Shown: positions 23,866 to 36,847, counted from the first letter of the stretch. The stretch is DNA of 49,625 bases from Octopus bimaculoides (GCF_001194135.2 NC_068981.1:65022199-65071823), one strand, 5' to 3'. Numbers and translations are program-made. The notes: a model not told the origin generated them from the letters alone.

Positions 23866-26800
23866 CCAATTCTTGTTTAGCCCTACAAAGGACTTCTTTT
23901 CACGTTAGATGTGAAATGAAGCCCCCACCTCACCCATTTGAGCTGCTCCTTAAATATGCCAGTAAATACATAATTTATGCAAGGGTAATGAGTACATATA
24001 CATGTAGTATATAACAAACAAGGATAAAAAAAATTTTAGAACGAGAAACAGAAAACTGTTGATTTCTTATCAAAGTGATCTTCACTCCTGCCCTTTTAAC
24101 TGGGTAAGTTAAAACCCCTCAGAATCATATGGTCCTACTGACTCATTTGCACACCACCGCTGTCCTGGCTTGATTCCAGGTAAGTCCTGAATGAGCAGTC
24201 TATTCTAGTTATGACCATTCCGCTTCTAATTCCGATAGTGTGCAAACGTCCATGTTCTTCAATGTCTCATTCCTCTTTTAAGAATTTGAGAGAGATTTGG
24301 CTGTTATTTCTAGAAGGTGGTGCAACTGCGTAAAAGTCATCTCGTTGATTTTGTTATTGAAATGTATTGATTGACAACTTCGTTTTTCAATATTCTCATA
24401 ATTCGGTTTATTCTGCAAGGCACAAAGAAATGCCTGGAAGGGAATCAGCAGATGTTACTTGTATGATTAGTTATACCTCCAAATTGATCGGTTGCTTCAG
24501 TACCGTGATTTTAACTAAAATACCACGGCGTATTCAAATCGCTGCGTAGGCGTTTCTGCAATTCTACTGTCCGAGATCAGAAAACGCTGTTGACTCCGAA
24601 AATAACATAATTAGTATCGTAGAACACTTCAACCAATTTATTCATTGCCTGGCTGAACCTTTCGAAATTTCAGAATTAGATTTGCTTGACAATTGACTTA
24701 ACCTTTTGATCAATTTAAATTGGACAATGAAATCATAGAAGAGTCGTGACAACCATTTTAGAACATAAAAATTTTCAACAATTCACTTCTCATTTATTAC
24801 TGGAAAATTCTAAATTTTTCGTTGCATTTCTGTGATCTGGTCACTGACACCATTCCGCTGTATCCTGTTTTCTCGTTTTTTTTTTTTTATATGTGGAGGG
24901 GTTCTTGTGCGTGCATGAAAATGGGTTGGTAGGGTGCTAAAATAGCCCTTCTACAATGCAACTGATAGCTCATTACCGTCTATGCAAGACGTTGCAATCC
25001 TAATTGAGAATGTAAACAACAACAACGAAAAGTAGTGGATTATGTGCATAGCTATTTGTTAGTAACAATGTACTCCTTCAACATATATTGATTTCTTTTG
25101 ACTGAGCACATCGTTTGTGTGTGTGTGGTTGGGTGTAGAACACTAATGCAGCCGATCGAATCAACCCTTGTACATTACTGATTTCTAATACTGGCAGAAA
25201 CGTGGTAAAACGAGACTGCATTCGCCCCGACCCCTTTTACCCCATCTCAAGGGGTCGTAGGATTTTTTGTAAGATAGGCTGTTCAGATATTCACAGGCCT
25301 GTATCTAGTTCTTCGTACCCTGAATCGATATACTGATTAAACCCTCTTCTTATGGATCTCAGACAGAAAGCCAGGAATTTTCCTGAGATGAAATCTACAC
25401 CATTATTTAAAGATAATTTAGTTTATCAATCTTGTTGGAAGAAGGAAAAATAAAATTAACTTCAGAGGGATTTGAACTCCGAACGTATAAAGCCACAACT
25501 AAATATGGCAAGGCAGTTCATTGCTCGACACTGCAACGATTTCACGTTTATATTATTGATTTCCAATCTAAGACACAAAACCTTAAATTTAGAGATGGTG
25601 ATAGTTGATTTAATTGATCCACTACTTGACTGCTCCTTGGTTTTATCCACCACATGAAGCTGAAAAATAAAGTTGCTCTCGGCGGGATTCGAACTCAGAA
25701 TACGAAGCATTTTGTCAAACGCTCTAGCAACTCTTCCAAACCACTGATTTCATACTATAGCTACTTATTTTCCTTTCCTTAATCCAGTCAATCTCCAACG
25801 AGATTTAGTCTCGAAATCAAGAGCAATGGAACTAAAGTATTCAAAGCATTTAATCCTTCGTTCTATTTTACTTCGTCAGTTCCACTATCCTGCTGTGCTT
25901 ACGTGATGAATAAAGCTCGATGTAATTAAATCCAAAGCTGTTAGATCACGTGAATCCAGAACACAGAGTATACTTACATCAATAGATTACACAAATAATG
26001 AGATAATAATCAATTACTAGATAGCCTTTAAAATGTACATATGGTTATTCTTTTAGTTACGTTGACAATCTCATTTCTTGACCAAAGGCATTGCCGATTT
26101 TTGAAAGGAGCTAGTTAAATTTGTATAAATTCAACAAACCATAAATAGCATCCAAACGCCGTAAAAATATGTCAAAACACTTAAACGTTAATAATAATTA
26201 GTAAGAGATACGATCGTAGAAAACAACTGTGCGGCTGTTACTGTCAGTACACAGATATGTGTGACTGACTGCTTGTGACTTTATATAATTATTGAATATA
26301 TGTTACTGAATGATGCAATCTGCAGCTTTCAGCACTTACATAAAACTTTGTTTTATTTTCATTTTTTTTTTATATCCCCTGCCCCCAAAAGAGAATCAAG
26401 AATCATTTTCGATCATTTTCTTAATGTATTTTTTAACTTATGACAATTTTTTTTTTAATGGAAAAATACTGAAGAATTACATTTTTTCCTGTCGTCCCTG
26501 GTCATAAGTAAATAATTTCCTTGTATCACTTATAGTATTGTTGCGGTAAATAAATATAATGTTTAAAAAACATGTTTCCCCACGAAGAAAATTGCAAAAT
26601 TTTTTCCATTATTCCACATATAGCTTTTATAATGTCTTAATACCTTATCTTTCATGTAGATAATGGAAGAGCTGAAAGGGGACTATTTTCAGCTCTACTT
26701 GGGGTATCAGTGAAACTTAAAATGACCCTAATTAAATGCCCTGCAATATGTAAGATTAAATATTCCTATTTCAAATGCTACCGATTCGGCTTCGATTTTC

Positions 26801-26968
26801 ATCAAATCAGTCAATATTGAGATTAGACACAACGCTTCATATATTTTTCTATAGATAGACAGATTTTTTTACGTTGACTCATTACATAAATTTGTAGTGT
26901 GTGACGGTGAGGAGGGACCATATCGACTCCAGTAGTATAAGACCAATTATTTATTCTATCGACCTCCC

Positions 26969-27023
<55 letters not shown>

Positions 27024-27760
27024 GCGAGATCCACTTCCATACGATTATTGGCAAAGTTGGCAGAGCGTCGGACAAAATAATATATTATATTTGTTCCAGC
27101 TCTCTGGGTTCCGAGTTCAAATACTACCGAGGTTAGCTTGGCCTTTTATTCTTCCTGATTCAATAGAATGAAATACCAGCCGAGGGCAGTAAACTGGAGG
27201 AACGTCGAAGGTGGTGCGTTGCGATGTTTNNNNNNNNNNNNNNNNNNNNNNNNNNNNNNNNNNNNNNNNNNNNNNNNNNNNNNNNNNNNNNNNNNNNNNN
27301 NNNNNNNNNNNNNNNNNNNNNNNNNNNNNNNNNNNNNNNNNNNNNNNNNNNNNNNNNNNNNNNNNNNNNNNNNNNNNNNNNNNNNNNNNNNNNNNNNNNN
27401 NNNNNNNNNNNNNNNNNNNNNNNNNNNNNNNNNNNNNNNNNNNNNNNNNNNNNNNNNNNNNNNNNNNNNNNNNNNNNNNNNNNNNNNNNNNNNNNNNNNN
27501 NNNNNNNNNNNNNNNNNNNNNNNNNNNNNNNNNNNNNNNNNNNNNNNNNNNNNNNNNNNNNNNNNNNNNNNNNNNNNNNNNNNNNNNNNNNNNNNNNNNN
27601 NNNNNNNNNNNNNNNNNNNNNNNNNNNNNNNNNNNNNNNNNNNNNNNNNNNNNNNNNNNNNNNNNNNNNNNNNNNNNNNNNNNNNNNNNNNNNNNNNNNN
27701 NNNNNTATGATTCGTTGCTATTATGTTAAACTGTCGTGTGTCCAAATTTGGTCAAATGCT

Positions 27761-27850
27761 AAGGCGGCGTGCTGGCATAAACGTTAGCACGTCGGGCGGA
27801 ATGCTTAGCTTTATTTCGTCTGCCTTTACGTTCTAAGTTCAAATTCCGCG
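27761..27850 (+). mobile_element. SINE-A head, truncated by a (GGT)n tract
   Basis: AAGGCGGCGTGCTGGCATAAACGTTAGCAC...AAGTTCAAATTCCGC. Confidence 0.8.
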
Positions 27851-28153
27851 GTGGTTGTGGTGGTGATGGTGGTGATGGTGGTCGTCGTCGTCGTCCTGTT
27901 GTGGCTCCCATCGTTTAGTCCCATGTCAATCCTGATTGAGCAAACCTATGACTAGAGTTTTTTCAGCAACTTAATACGCACACATTCAGATCATATGAAA
28001 GCGTGTTACTTGTGTTAGAGTGGTACTCAATACAGGGGCGAAGCGAGAGGGATTCTATTTGTGATCAACCACGAAACTTGAGATAAATACCCCTCCTTAA
28101 AAGTCTCCTCAGTGTTTGGACTATTTAGGCTGCTCTGTGTGTGTGGGGGGGGG

Positions 28154-29722
28154 TGTTATGGATGAAAGAGTACCAGAGTACTAGTGTAGTGCCTGTATAG
28201 TGCCACTGTACAAGGAGAAGGGGGATAAATGTGAGTGTGGAAATTTTAGTGGGTATAAGTCTGTTATGTGTGGTTGGTAAACTCTTCGGGAGAATTCTGA
28301 TTGTAAGGGTGAGGAACCAGACAGAGATTGTACTAAGGGAGGAACAGTGCGGTTTTAGGAGTGGAAGTGGGTGTGCAGATCAGATATTTGTAGTAAGGCA
28401 GATGTGTGAGAAGTTTTTGGCAAAAGGAAGGGATGTGTATTGGGCCTTTCTGGACCTAGAGGGGGCATATGACCGTGTGGATAGGGATGCAACTCGGCAG
28501 GTGTTGCGGTTGTATAGAATAGATGGTAAATTGTTGAGAGCTGTACAGAGTTTCTTTAGAGAAAGACGGGTGTGTTATGGGGACGAGGTGAGTAAGTGAA
28601 TGATCTGATGTGAGGGTGGGGTTACGACAGGGTTATGTGATGTCACCGTGGCTGTTTAATCTATATATGGATGGTGTGGTGAGAGAAGTGAACGCTAGAA
28701 CCTTTGGTAGGGAGCCCAAATGGTGGGAGAAGATGGAGAGAAATGGCAGGTGAATCAGTTGTTGCTTGCTGATGATACAGCGCTGGTGGCGGATTCGGAA
28801 GAACAACTGAGGAGACTGGTAGTTTGGAAGAGCGTGTGAGAGGAGAAAACTGAAAGTGAATGTGGCTAAGAGTAAGGTGATGAGATGTTGGAGAAATGGA
28901 ATGGCTGGTAGGACGAATGTGAATATAAATCGTGAGCTGTTAGAGGAGGTGAGTGTTTTTAAGTTTCTGGGATCACATGTGACAGCGGATGGGGGTGTTG
29001 GCTGAGGAAGTGAGATATAGGGTGAGGGAGGACAGTAAGATACTTGAAGTTGTGAAAGGTATGCTGAGAGATAAAAGGTTGAGTATGAAAGCGAAAAGAG
29101 GTGTGTATGAGGGCGTGATTGTGCCGACAAGGTTATATAGTGCAGAGGCGTGAGGTCTGAGAGAGGCGGAAAAGAGGCGACTAGATGTGTTTGAGATGAG
29201 ATGTTTGAGGGCTATGATTGGTGTGACACGGATGGACAGGAAATGAGAAATGAGAAGGTACGAAGGCGAAGAGAGATGAGAAAAAATCTATGTACCAGAA
29301 TGGATAGACGAATGTTGAGGTGGTTTGACCACATGGAGAGGGTGGATGAGGAACAGATGGTAAGGAGGGTGATGAAGACAGCAAAACCGGAGGCAGACCT
29401 CGGTTTGTGTTGATGGATAGAGTGAGGAAAGCTTTGGTAGTTAGAGGTGTCGGAGTGAGATCGGCAAGAGAGTTTATAAATGATAGGAAAGCTTGGAGAG
29501 TGTTTGTGAACGGGTGAGTGATTTGATGTTGCTCAAAGGGGTACGGAACCAACGTGATGCGGCGGGTGCAAGCCAGCATATGCTATCGGGCCCCGCTGCT
29601 GATATCGGGGGTTGCTTTCTATGTCTTGACCCGAGCATAGAACGGGGCTCGCCTTTGTGAGCTGGGAAATGAATGGAATGCTTGGTAAATTAAAAAAAGG
29701 CCTTGGTAAATAAAAAAAAAAA
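28154..29722 (+). mobile_element. 5'-truncated RTE-clade LINE: decayed RT, 3' UTR and A-rich tail
   Basis: CIVPLYKEKGDKCEC, GISLLCVVGKLFGRIL, EEQCGFRSGSGCADQIF, AFLDLEGAYDRVDR, GLRQGYVMSPWLFNLYMDGVV, QLLLADDTALVA, KLKVNVAKSKVM, FKFLGS; frameshifts and stops; tail TTGGTAAAT(A)n. Confidence 0.9.
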
Positions 29723-29826
29723 GTGTGTGTGTGCACGCGCGCACGTATATGTGTGTTTGGTAAACTGTGTTTTTAGATGTGTATGGCTTATGAGTGTGGT
29801 GGATATGTGTGTGATTAGAGTGTTGG

Positions 29827-29884
<58 letters not shown>

Positions 29885-30006
29885 GAATTTAGACTAGTTG
29901 TGTGTGTGCTCGCATGTGCGTATGTGTGTATGCGCGCATGTGTGTGTGTGGTTGTGTGGGTGCATGTGTGTGTGTTTCTGGTGTATTAAGACTGTGTGTG
30001 TATGTG

Positions 30007-30310
30007 CGCAAGCATAGCTGAACGGCTAGGAAGCTCGCTTCGCAATGATGAGGACCCAAGTTCGATCAAACGGCGTGACATCTTGAACAAGTATCTTCAC
30101 TGTTGCTTCAGGTCGGTGGGTCAATCTAAGCCAATAGTGAATGCCCTTTGGATAAAAAATTGTGTTCATGGAAACTATGGGGAAACGTGTCAAACGGATT
30201 GTAATTTTAAACCAAAGGTTCAGTTCAGCCTTGTCACATATCGTGTAATGTTGATTAGGTTTAGGAATTACGTTAAGGGTAACATATATCAAGAGGCTAC
30301 CCAGCTACTT
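30007..30310 (+). mobile_element. Degenerate SINE-E
   Basis: tRNA-like head (AAGTTCGATC), CTTGAACAAGTATCTTC body, tail AGCCTTGTCACATATCGTGTAATGTTGA like 47820-47850. Confidence 0.5.
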
Positions 30311-30399
30311 ACCATACAAGTCAGACGTTCAGATGATTGCACAACTGAATGCTATTGATGAGACTGGCAAAGGATCTCTTATAAATCAAAGAATAACTG

Positions 30400-30705
30400 C
30401 ACGGACGGACGGACGGACGGATGGATGGATGGATGGGTGGATGGATGGATGGATGGGTGGATGGATGGATGGGTGGACGGATGGATGGATGGTTGGGTCC
30501 ATCCATCCAATCGTTTTCAATAATGTTTTGGTATTCATGTAACTTCTGTTAGTTAATAAAATTGTAATATAAATTGGTGTGTACATGAATGAATGAGTGA
30601 ATTAATTAATCAAAGAAGGAAGGAAGGAAGGAAGGAAGGAAGGAAGGAAGGAAGGAAGGAAGGAAAGAAAGAAGGAAGGAAGGAAGGAAGGAAGGAAGGA
30701 AGGTG
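30400..30705. repeat. (GGAC)n(GGAT)n and (GGAA)n microsatellites
   Basis: Directly visible at about 30400-30495 and 30613-30705. Confidence 0.95.
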
Positions 30706-31011
30706 AATAAATAAGGCGCAAACTTTTCAAGTCATAACACAGTTTTGTGCCGCTCCTCAGCATATTTGTCCCATTATCTGTTAACAAAATATTTGTGGCT
30801 TTTTTTTTTTGTAGTTTTTTTTTAATTTTTTATTACTGTTGCTTATATTTTCAATGCAATTATCTGTTTAGTTTCTGTTGCATGGTTGACTACTTCAGAG
30901 TAAAACAAGTATGTCACGAATACAAATGTCACGATCGCAATACTCTATACTGTTTACCGATATTTCTTATATATTTCTTATATATTTTTTATATATTTTT
31001 TTTTTACATAC

Positions 31012-31249
31012 TCTCTTTTACTCTTAAACTCTTTTACTTGTTTCAGTCATTTGACTGTGGCCATGCTGGAGCACCGCCTTTAGTCGAGCAATTCGACCCC
31101 AGGACTTATTCTTTGTAAGCCTAGTACTTATTCTACCGGATCTCTTTTGCCGAACCGCTAAGTTACGGGGACGTAAACACACCAGCATCGGTTGTCAAGC
31201 GATGGTGGGGGGGGGACGAACACAGACACACAAACATATACACACATAT
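31012..31249 (-). mobile_element. SINE-B 3' half, young; runs into gap at its internal microsatellite
   Basis: Nearly identical to 7369-7500 and to the reverse complement of 11583-11768. Confidence 0.9.
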
Positions 31250-32010
31250 NNNNNNNNNNNNNNNNNNNNNNNNNNNNNNNNNNNNNNNNNNNNNNNNNNN
31301 NNNNNNNNNNNNNNNNNNNNNNNNNNNNNNNNNNNNNNNNNNNNNNNNNNNNNNNNNNNNNNNNNNNNNNNNNNNNNNNNNNNNNNNNNNNNNNNNNNNN
31401 NNNNNNNNNNNNNNNNNNNNNNNNNNNNNNNNNNNNNNNNNNNNNNNNNNNNNNNNNNNNNNNNNNNNNNNNNNNNNNNNNNNNNNNNNNNNNNNNNNNN
31501 NNNNNNNNNNNNNNNNNNNNNNNNNNNNNNNNNNNNNNNNNNNNNNNNNNNNNNNNNNNNNNNNNNNNNNNNNNNNNNNNNNNNNNNNNNNNNNNNNNNN
31601 NNNNNNNNNNNNNNNNNNNNNNNNNNNNNNNNNNNNNNNNNNNNNNNNNNNNNNNNNNNNNNNNNNNNNNNNNNNNNNNNNNNNNNNNNNNNNNNNNNNN
31701 NNNNNNNNNNNNNNNNNNNNNNNNNNNNNNNNNNNNNNNNNNNNNNNNNNNNNNNNNNNNNNNNNNNNNNNNNNNNNNNNNNNNNNNNNNNNNNNNNNNN
31801 NNNNNNNNNNNNNNNNNNNNNNNNNNNNNNNNNNNNNNNNNNNNNNNNNNNNNNNNNNNNNNNNNNNNNNNNNNNNNNNNNNNNNNNNNNNNNNNNNNNN
31901 NNNNNNNNNNNNNNNNNNNNNNNNNNNNNNNNNNNNNNNNNNNNNNNNNNNNNNNNNNNNNNNNNNNNNNNNNNNNNNNNNNNNNNNNNNNNNNNNNNNN
32001 NNNNNNNNNN

Positions 32011-34168
32011 ACTTCTACCATAACACAGATCACGCGGGTCTGCCCCCATAGTCCCCAATTTCCGCATCAATGGCTCAAGAGCCAATACATACAGGAACGG
32101 GGACAGGGGGCAACCCTGGCGAACCGAACGCTCAATCAAGAACGGATTCGAGAAGAACCCATTCACCCGGACGACAGATTCGATGTTGCAATACAAAGCT
32201 TCGATCCAGCCTCGGAAAGTCGGGCCCAGTTCGACCGCCCAGAGGACCGCCGCCAGATACCGATGGTCGATCCTATCGAATGCCTTAGACTGGTCTAAAT
32301 TCACCAGTGCTCCACCTTTGCCAGGAACTTCACCAACCTTCTCTATGGTGTAGCGAATGAGATGAAAATTGTCATGTATCGTCCTTCCTGGGATGGCACA
32401 TGTCTGTGCCTCTCCCACCAGGTCGCCTACAACAATCCTCACTCTCTTGGCTAGTACCTTGGCCAAAATCTTTAACTCTGTGTTTGGCAGAGTTATGGGC
32501 CGAAAATTATTAATGTCATCCCCNNNNNNNNNNNNNNNNNNNNNNNNNNNNNNNNNNNNNNNNNNNNNNNNNNNNNNNNNNNNNNNNNNNNNNNNNNNNN
32601 NNNNNNNNNNNNNNNNNNNNNNNNNNNNNNNNNNNNNNNNNNNNNNNNNNNNNNNNNNNNNNNNNNNNNNNNNNNNNNNNNNNNNNNNNNNNNNNNNNNN
32701 NNNNNNNNNNNNNNNNNNNNNNNNNNNNNNNNNNNNNNNNNNNNNNNNNNNNNNNNNNNNNNNNNNNNNNNNNNNNNNNNNNNNNNNNNNNNNNNNNNNN
32801 NNNNNNNNNNNNNNNNNNNNNNNNNNNNNNNNNNNNNNNNNNNNNNNNNNNNNNNNNNNNNNNNNNNNNNNNNNNNNNNNNNNNNNNNNNNNNNNNNNNN
32901 NNNNNNNNNNNNNNNNNNNNNNNNNNNNNNNNNNNNNNNNNNNNNNNNNNNNNNNNNNNNNNNNNNNNNNNNNNNNNNNNNNNNNNNNNNNNNNNNNNNN
33001 NNNNNNNNNNNNNNNNNNNNNNNNNNCCTGTCCTTGTTCGTTAACCACAGACATTATCGTAGCATTCACGCCACGTTGGGTTTCTACCAAGCGAGCCCAC
33101 CCGGCAACGTTGATACCCTCATGACCCAGTGCACATACTTTAGCCCGAACTCAGCATCCTTCGTGTTTGGCATTGAGGTGTCGGTCCAAGGCCGATCTCG
33201 CCGCCAAAACTTGGGATGCAGAGCCCACTCTCAGCGCCTCTTCTAACACCTTAACTAAATCCCTTTCTACTCTAGTCTGCTCTAGACTTAACTGCTTGCT
33301 AAATCTAGTCGACTTAACTCGAATGGCTCTTTTGAGGGCCCTCCACCACCGGTTATTTAACACGGCGCCGGTTAGTGCTCTCATTATTAACACCTTAATC
33401 TGATTCCGGTATGTTTCGCAATCCAATAGGGACTTGTTCAACTTCCAATAGCCAGATCCCTGTCTATGGACTTTATCTATATGCAACTCACTCGTCACTA
33501 ATTTGTGATCCGTGTAGGGTACATAGGTAAAGTGTGGGCAGCTAAAAACTAGACTTATCTCTAGCATTAACTATAATCCTGTCTATGTAAGACCTGATCG
33601 ATCTGTCGTTATTAGTCCAAGTCCTGGACTTCCACATTGGAACGCTCGGATTATCAAGTGTGTATCGATCTGTCAGCCTAAATCGCTTCATCAGATCGAC
33701 GAGGCGGGAGTTGCATTTCCTATTGTTCGAGCCTATGCTATCCAAGCGTGCATCGAGAATAGCGTTAAAATCTCCTAACAAAACTAGTGTCCTTGACGTC
33801 ACCAGAAAATTCTACAGACGTTGATAGAGCTCATTCCGTTTGCCTAGCGTGCTAGGTGCGTAAATGCCAACCAACCTGAATGCCTTGACCGACTCGCTTT
33901 CTGGATCCACCAAGATCATACGTGTGTGCAGAGCCAAGCTTTTCCGGAGCAAAACCACAACACTTCCCTTCCCCCCTGTCCGACTAGGAGACATGATTTT
34001 CTCATAGCCATTCAGAAGAGTTAAGAAGGCCCGCAGCTTGTCCAGCTTGGTCTCTGTAGCAACCATCACATCAATTCTGTGTGACCTGAGGTCGTCGAGG
34101 AAACAAGCCTGCTTCCTCTTCGAGCCCAGGCCACGAACATTTAAATAACCAATGCGTAGCATAGCCAT
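32011..34168 (-). pseudogene. ORF2: apurinic-like endonuclease + reverse transcriptase (disrupted, internal N gap)
   Basis: LRIGYLNVRGL, ATETKL, LVGIYAP, LLGDFNA, SYIDRI, TDHKLV, GYWKLNKSLL; RT: NFRPITLPNTELKILAKVLA, QTCAIPGRTIHDN, LDQSKAFDRIDH, SVRQGCPLSP. Confidence 0.92.
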
Positions 34169-34211
34169 GTCAGAAACAAAAAGGAAGAAAATTGGAGTCT
34201 ACCTGCTCTTT

Positions 34212-35330
34212 TCATCTTTCGAGTGGAATCGATCTCAGTATTACTGAGACCGGTCCCCCCTCTTCCTTCCTCTCGTATAGGAACGGCTCTACCGGAGGGT
34301 TAAAAACTTTCGGTAGCTCGTTCAACAGCGTTATTTCTTGACGATGTCTCTCTTTCAGGTCCATATATAGTTGTTTCGAAATTTTCCCTATCGTTACAGG
34401 GCTTCTGCTGTCACTGTTAGTGTATAGTACAGTTTGATGGTAGGGTGTAATCACCCCCTCCAAGTATTTATTGCTATTTTTGAAAGCTACAGTAGCTGTA
34501 TCCACTTTCTTAGGTACGTCAATTTTTTCCAGTCTCATTTTTCCCTTCTTTGGTTCGTTTGGTTTTTCCTTTTCTTGTGGGGTTTTTTTTTTCGCCGCTT
34601 TGCTTTTTGGAGCCGCCTCTTGGATCTTAGTGGGCGACTCTATTTTCTTTGTGCGTTTTCGCGACACTGTCTGAAATTCTATGACTTCTTGGTCTTCCTT
34701 ACTGGTAGAGGCGGTGGTCTTTTTGGTAATAGCCTCCTTGGCTGGTGGCGACACCTCTTCGCTTTTTTCTTCCACTTTTTCTTCCTCTTTTTCTTCCGCT
34801 TCGTTTTCCTTTTTCTTAGTGGGTCACTTTGATCTTATGTGGCCTTTTTTGTCACACTTGAAGCACCTTGGTCGTCGACCTTCAACATGAACCGCCAACA
34901 CAGTCTCCTCACCAATAAGTACGCTTTCTGGCAAACTTTCCAAATCGGTGCTCGTGGCCTGCACGAAATCTCCAGAGTTTGGCCGCGTCAGTTTTGTGGA
35001 GCGTCTCTGGAGATCTGTATAATATTTATCTTGTCCTCTCTTCCAAACAATATGGTGGCCACGATCCACACCGCCTCGATTTCAGGTGGAATGTTTTTTA
35101 TTTTTATTCGGGATGTCCTTCGTCCCAAATATAATGGTAAGCGCATTAATTTGCCGTTCTGCAAAGTCCGTGTCGAGAACTCTCTCGCCTTCTCTGCAGA
35201 CTCGAACCAAGCTTCTATCATCGCAAATCTAGGGCCTCGGGCCAGGTATTTTATTTGATTTAATACCAGCCCAGGACAATTTTTTCTACGATGCTCGCTT
35301 CAAAATGTTCAAATTTCTTTGTTACCTTTA
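34212..35330 (-). pseudogene. ORF1: gag-like nucleic-acid-binding protein with CCHC zinc knuckle (disrupted)
   Basis: CFKCDKKGHIRSK(TGA)P at 34865-34824 fits CX2CX4HX4C with the last Cys mutated to stop; preceded by an RRM-like stretch (RIKIKNIPPEI) and followed by a K/E-rich linker; stop 43 nt before the ORF2 ATG. Confidence 0.8.
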
Positions 35331-35869
35331 CGAGCGCTTTTCTTCGTATAAGACGAAATCCAGCCAAGAATAACCGCAGATATTTGATTTGAGAGTCACC
35401 AGAGAACACATATCCTCAACTCTCGCTTCAAGAAAGTCAGAGCGCGGCCTAGTATAGCAGGAATAACGTCGAGTTTTCATTTGCTGAATCCAACTAGAAA
35501 TGAAGGAAATACTTTTTCATAATTTCAGACTAACACTGTCCGACGATCTCGAACCTTACTAATCACTACTATGTACGTGCTACACTGACACACGATTTTT
35601 AATCTCTATGTCTCTACTAGCAGTCATTAGAAATTTATATAAAGATTTTCGATAAATCTTGCAATAATGATATATTATGTTATGTTCGTGTTTTTCATTT
35701 GTGCATAACACGCAGCCCAGATTACACCAGACAGTAATTGTACACGCATGAAAAAACTCAGAGATAGCGTAATGCACCAACTAAAAGAATACTATTGCCA
35801 TTCGAAGAAATCGTGGTTCAATACTGTAGTTTTTCTATTGTTTCTTCCCTTCGATGTGTCATTACGAGG

Positions 35870-36200
35870 AAGACGTCCTGAAATTTTTTGCTGATGACAT
35901 GAAGGGCAAGTAATTTGGAACAACGCAACTGCTCACCCAGGTACTCACCAGTGTGTCAGTACAAAGAACATGTACAAATAATGTACATGTTCTTGCTATC
36001 CAAGAACCTCTCTGATCCAGCCAATAATCAAATTAATCTGTAACAACTGAAACCTGTAAGAGATTATGAAAGAAGTTCTTGTGATGATAGACGAGGATAA
36101 TGTAATGAAATACAGGACGATGTCAACGAACTCTCGATAACATCTAGAACTACAATTTCAAGTCTACAATATTTAAAGTAGCAGCTTCATGAAAGGTACT
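35870..36200 (+). pseudogene. Possible highly decayed CR1/L2-type RT fragment with an internal insertion
   Basis: VLKFFADDMK and, after about 170 nt, frameshifted QDDVNEL; only two short motifs. Confidence 0.3.
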
Positions 36201-36360
36201 AAGGACAAATAGTCTAGATAGTGCTTACGAGTTGAGGGATTTCTATACGATATGGAGATAGAATATGATGTTGAAGGATTTCGAGTGAGCGAAAAAAGGC
36301 CAGAACCGAGTTAGAAGACACAGTGCGTATCCTTATATACAAACCTATGTACCATTAGTA

Positions 36361-36472
36361 TCTTCTTCTTCTTCTTCTTCTTCTTCTTCTTCTTCTTCTT
36401 CTTCTTCTTCTTCTTCTTCTTCTTCTTCTTCTTTTTCTTCTTCTTCTTCTCCTTCTCCTCCTCCTCCTTCTT

Positions 36473-36538
<66 letters not shown>

Positions 36539-36585
36539 GTTATTATTATTATTATCTCACTTTCTCTCTCTCTCTCTCTGTTCAT
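36361..36585. repeat. (TTC)n (about 140 nt) - (TTA)n - (CT)n compound microsatellite
   Basis: Directly visible. Confidence 0.95.
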
Positions 36586-36625
36586 ATACATATGCATTAT
36601 ATATGTATATGCGTATATATGTATA

Positions 36626-36840
36626 TACGAAAGGATGCTGACAAGTTCCTGGCTTTGGGTAAAAGAAAATACAGGAGGATCGGTTAATTATGATTTAATC
36701 CAACATATTCCCCTCTCAGATTCACACACTTATTGCAGCAGTCTTTCAGCTTTTCTAAGTCCTGTAAAAAAAACTCAGATGGTTGGGCATCCAATAAGGC
36801 CTTTCGCGACACCCTTAAAGCCAGGAACTTTTCAGCACCT

Positions 36841-36847
<7 letters not shown>
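36626..36847. mobile_element. Mariner-type MITE (about 220 bp)
   Basis: TIRs TACGAAAGGATGCTGACAAGTTCCTGGCTTT / AAAGCCAGGAACTTTTCAGCACCTCCTCGT; the TACGAG-type end resembles the mariner end at 46944. Confidence 0.8.

Larger units (their letters stand above)
32011..35470 (-). mobile_element. Tx1/L1-clade non-LTR retrotransposon with ORF1 and ORF2; 3' part not visible
   Basis: Two-ORF layout, CCHC knuckle in ORF1, APE followed by an L1/Tx1-type RT in ORF2; 5' boundary approximate. Confidence 0.9.

Noticed and set aside
35966-35996. Perfect 13-bp stem hairpin AAGAACATGTACA-AATAA-TGTACATGTTCTT (and a 10-bp stem at about 26669-26698)
   Set aside because: Too short to interpret; probably the centre of a decayed MITE or chance in AT-rich DNA.
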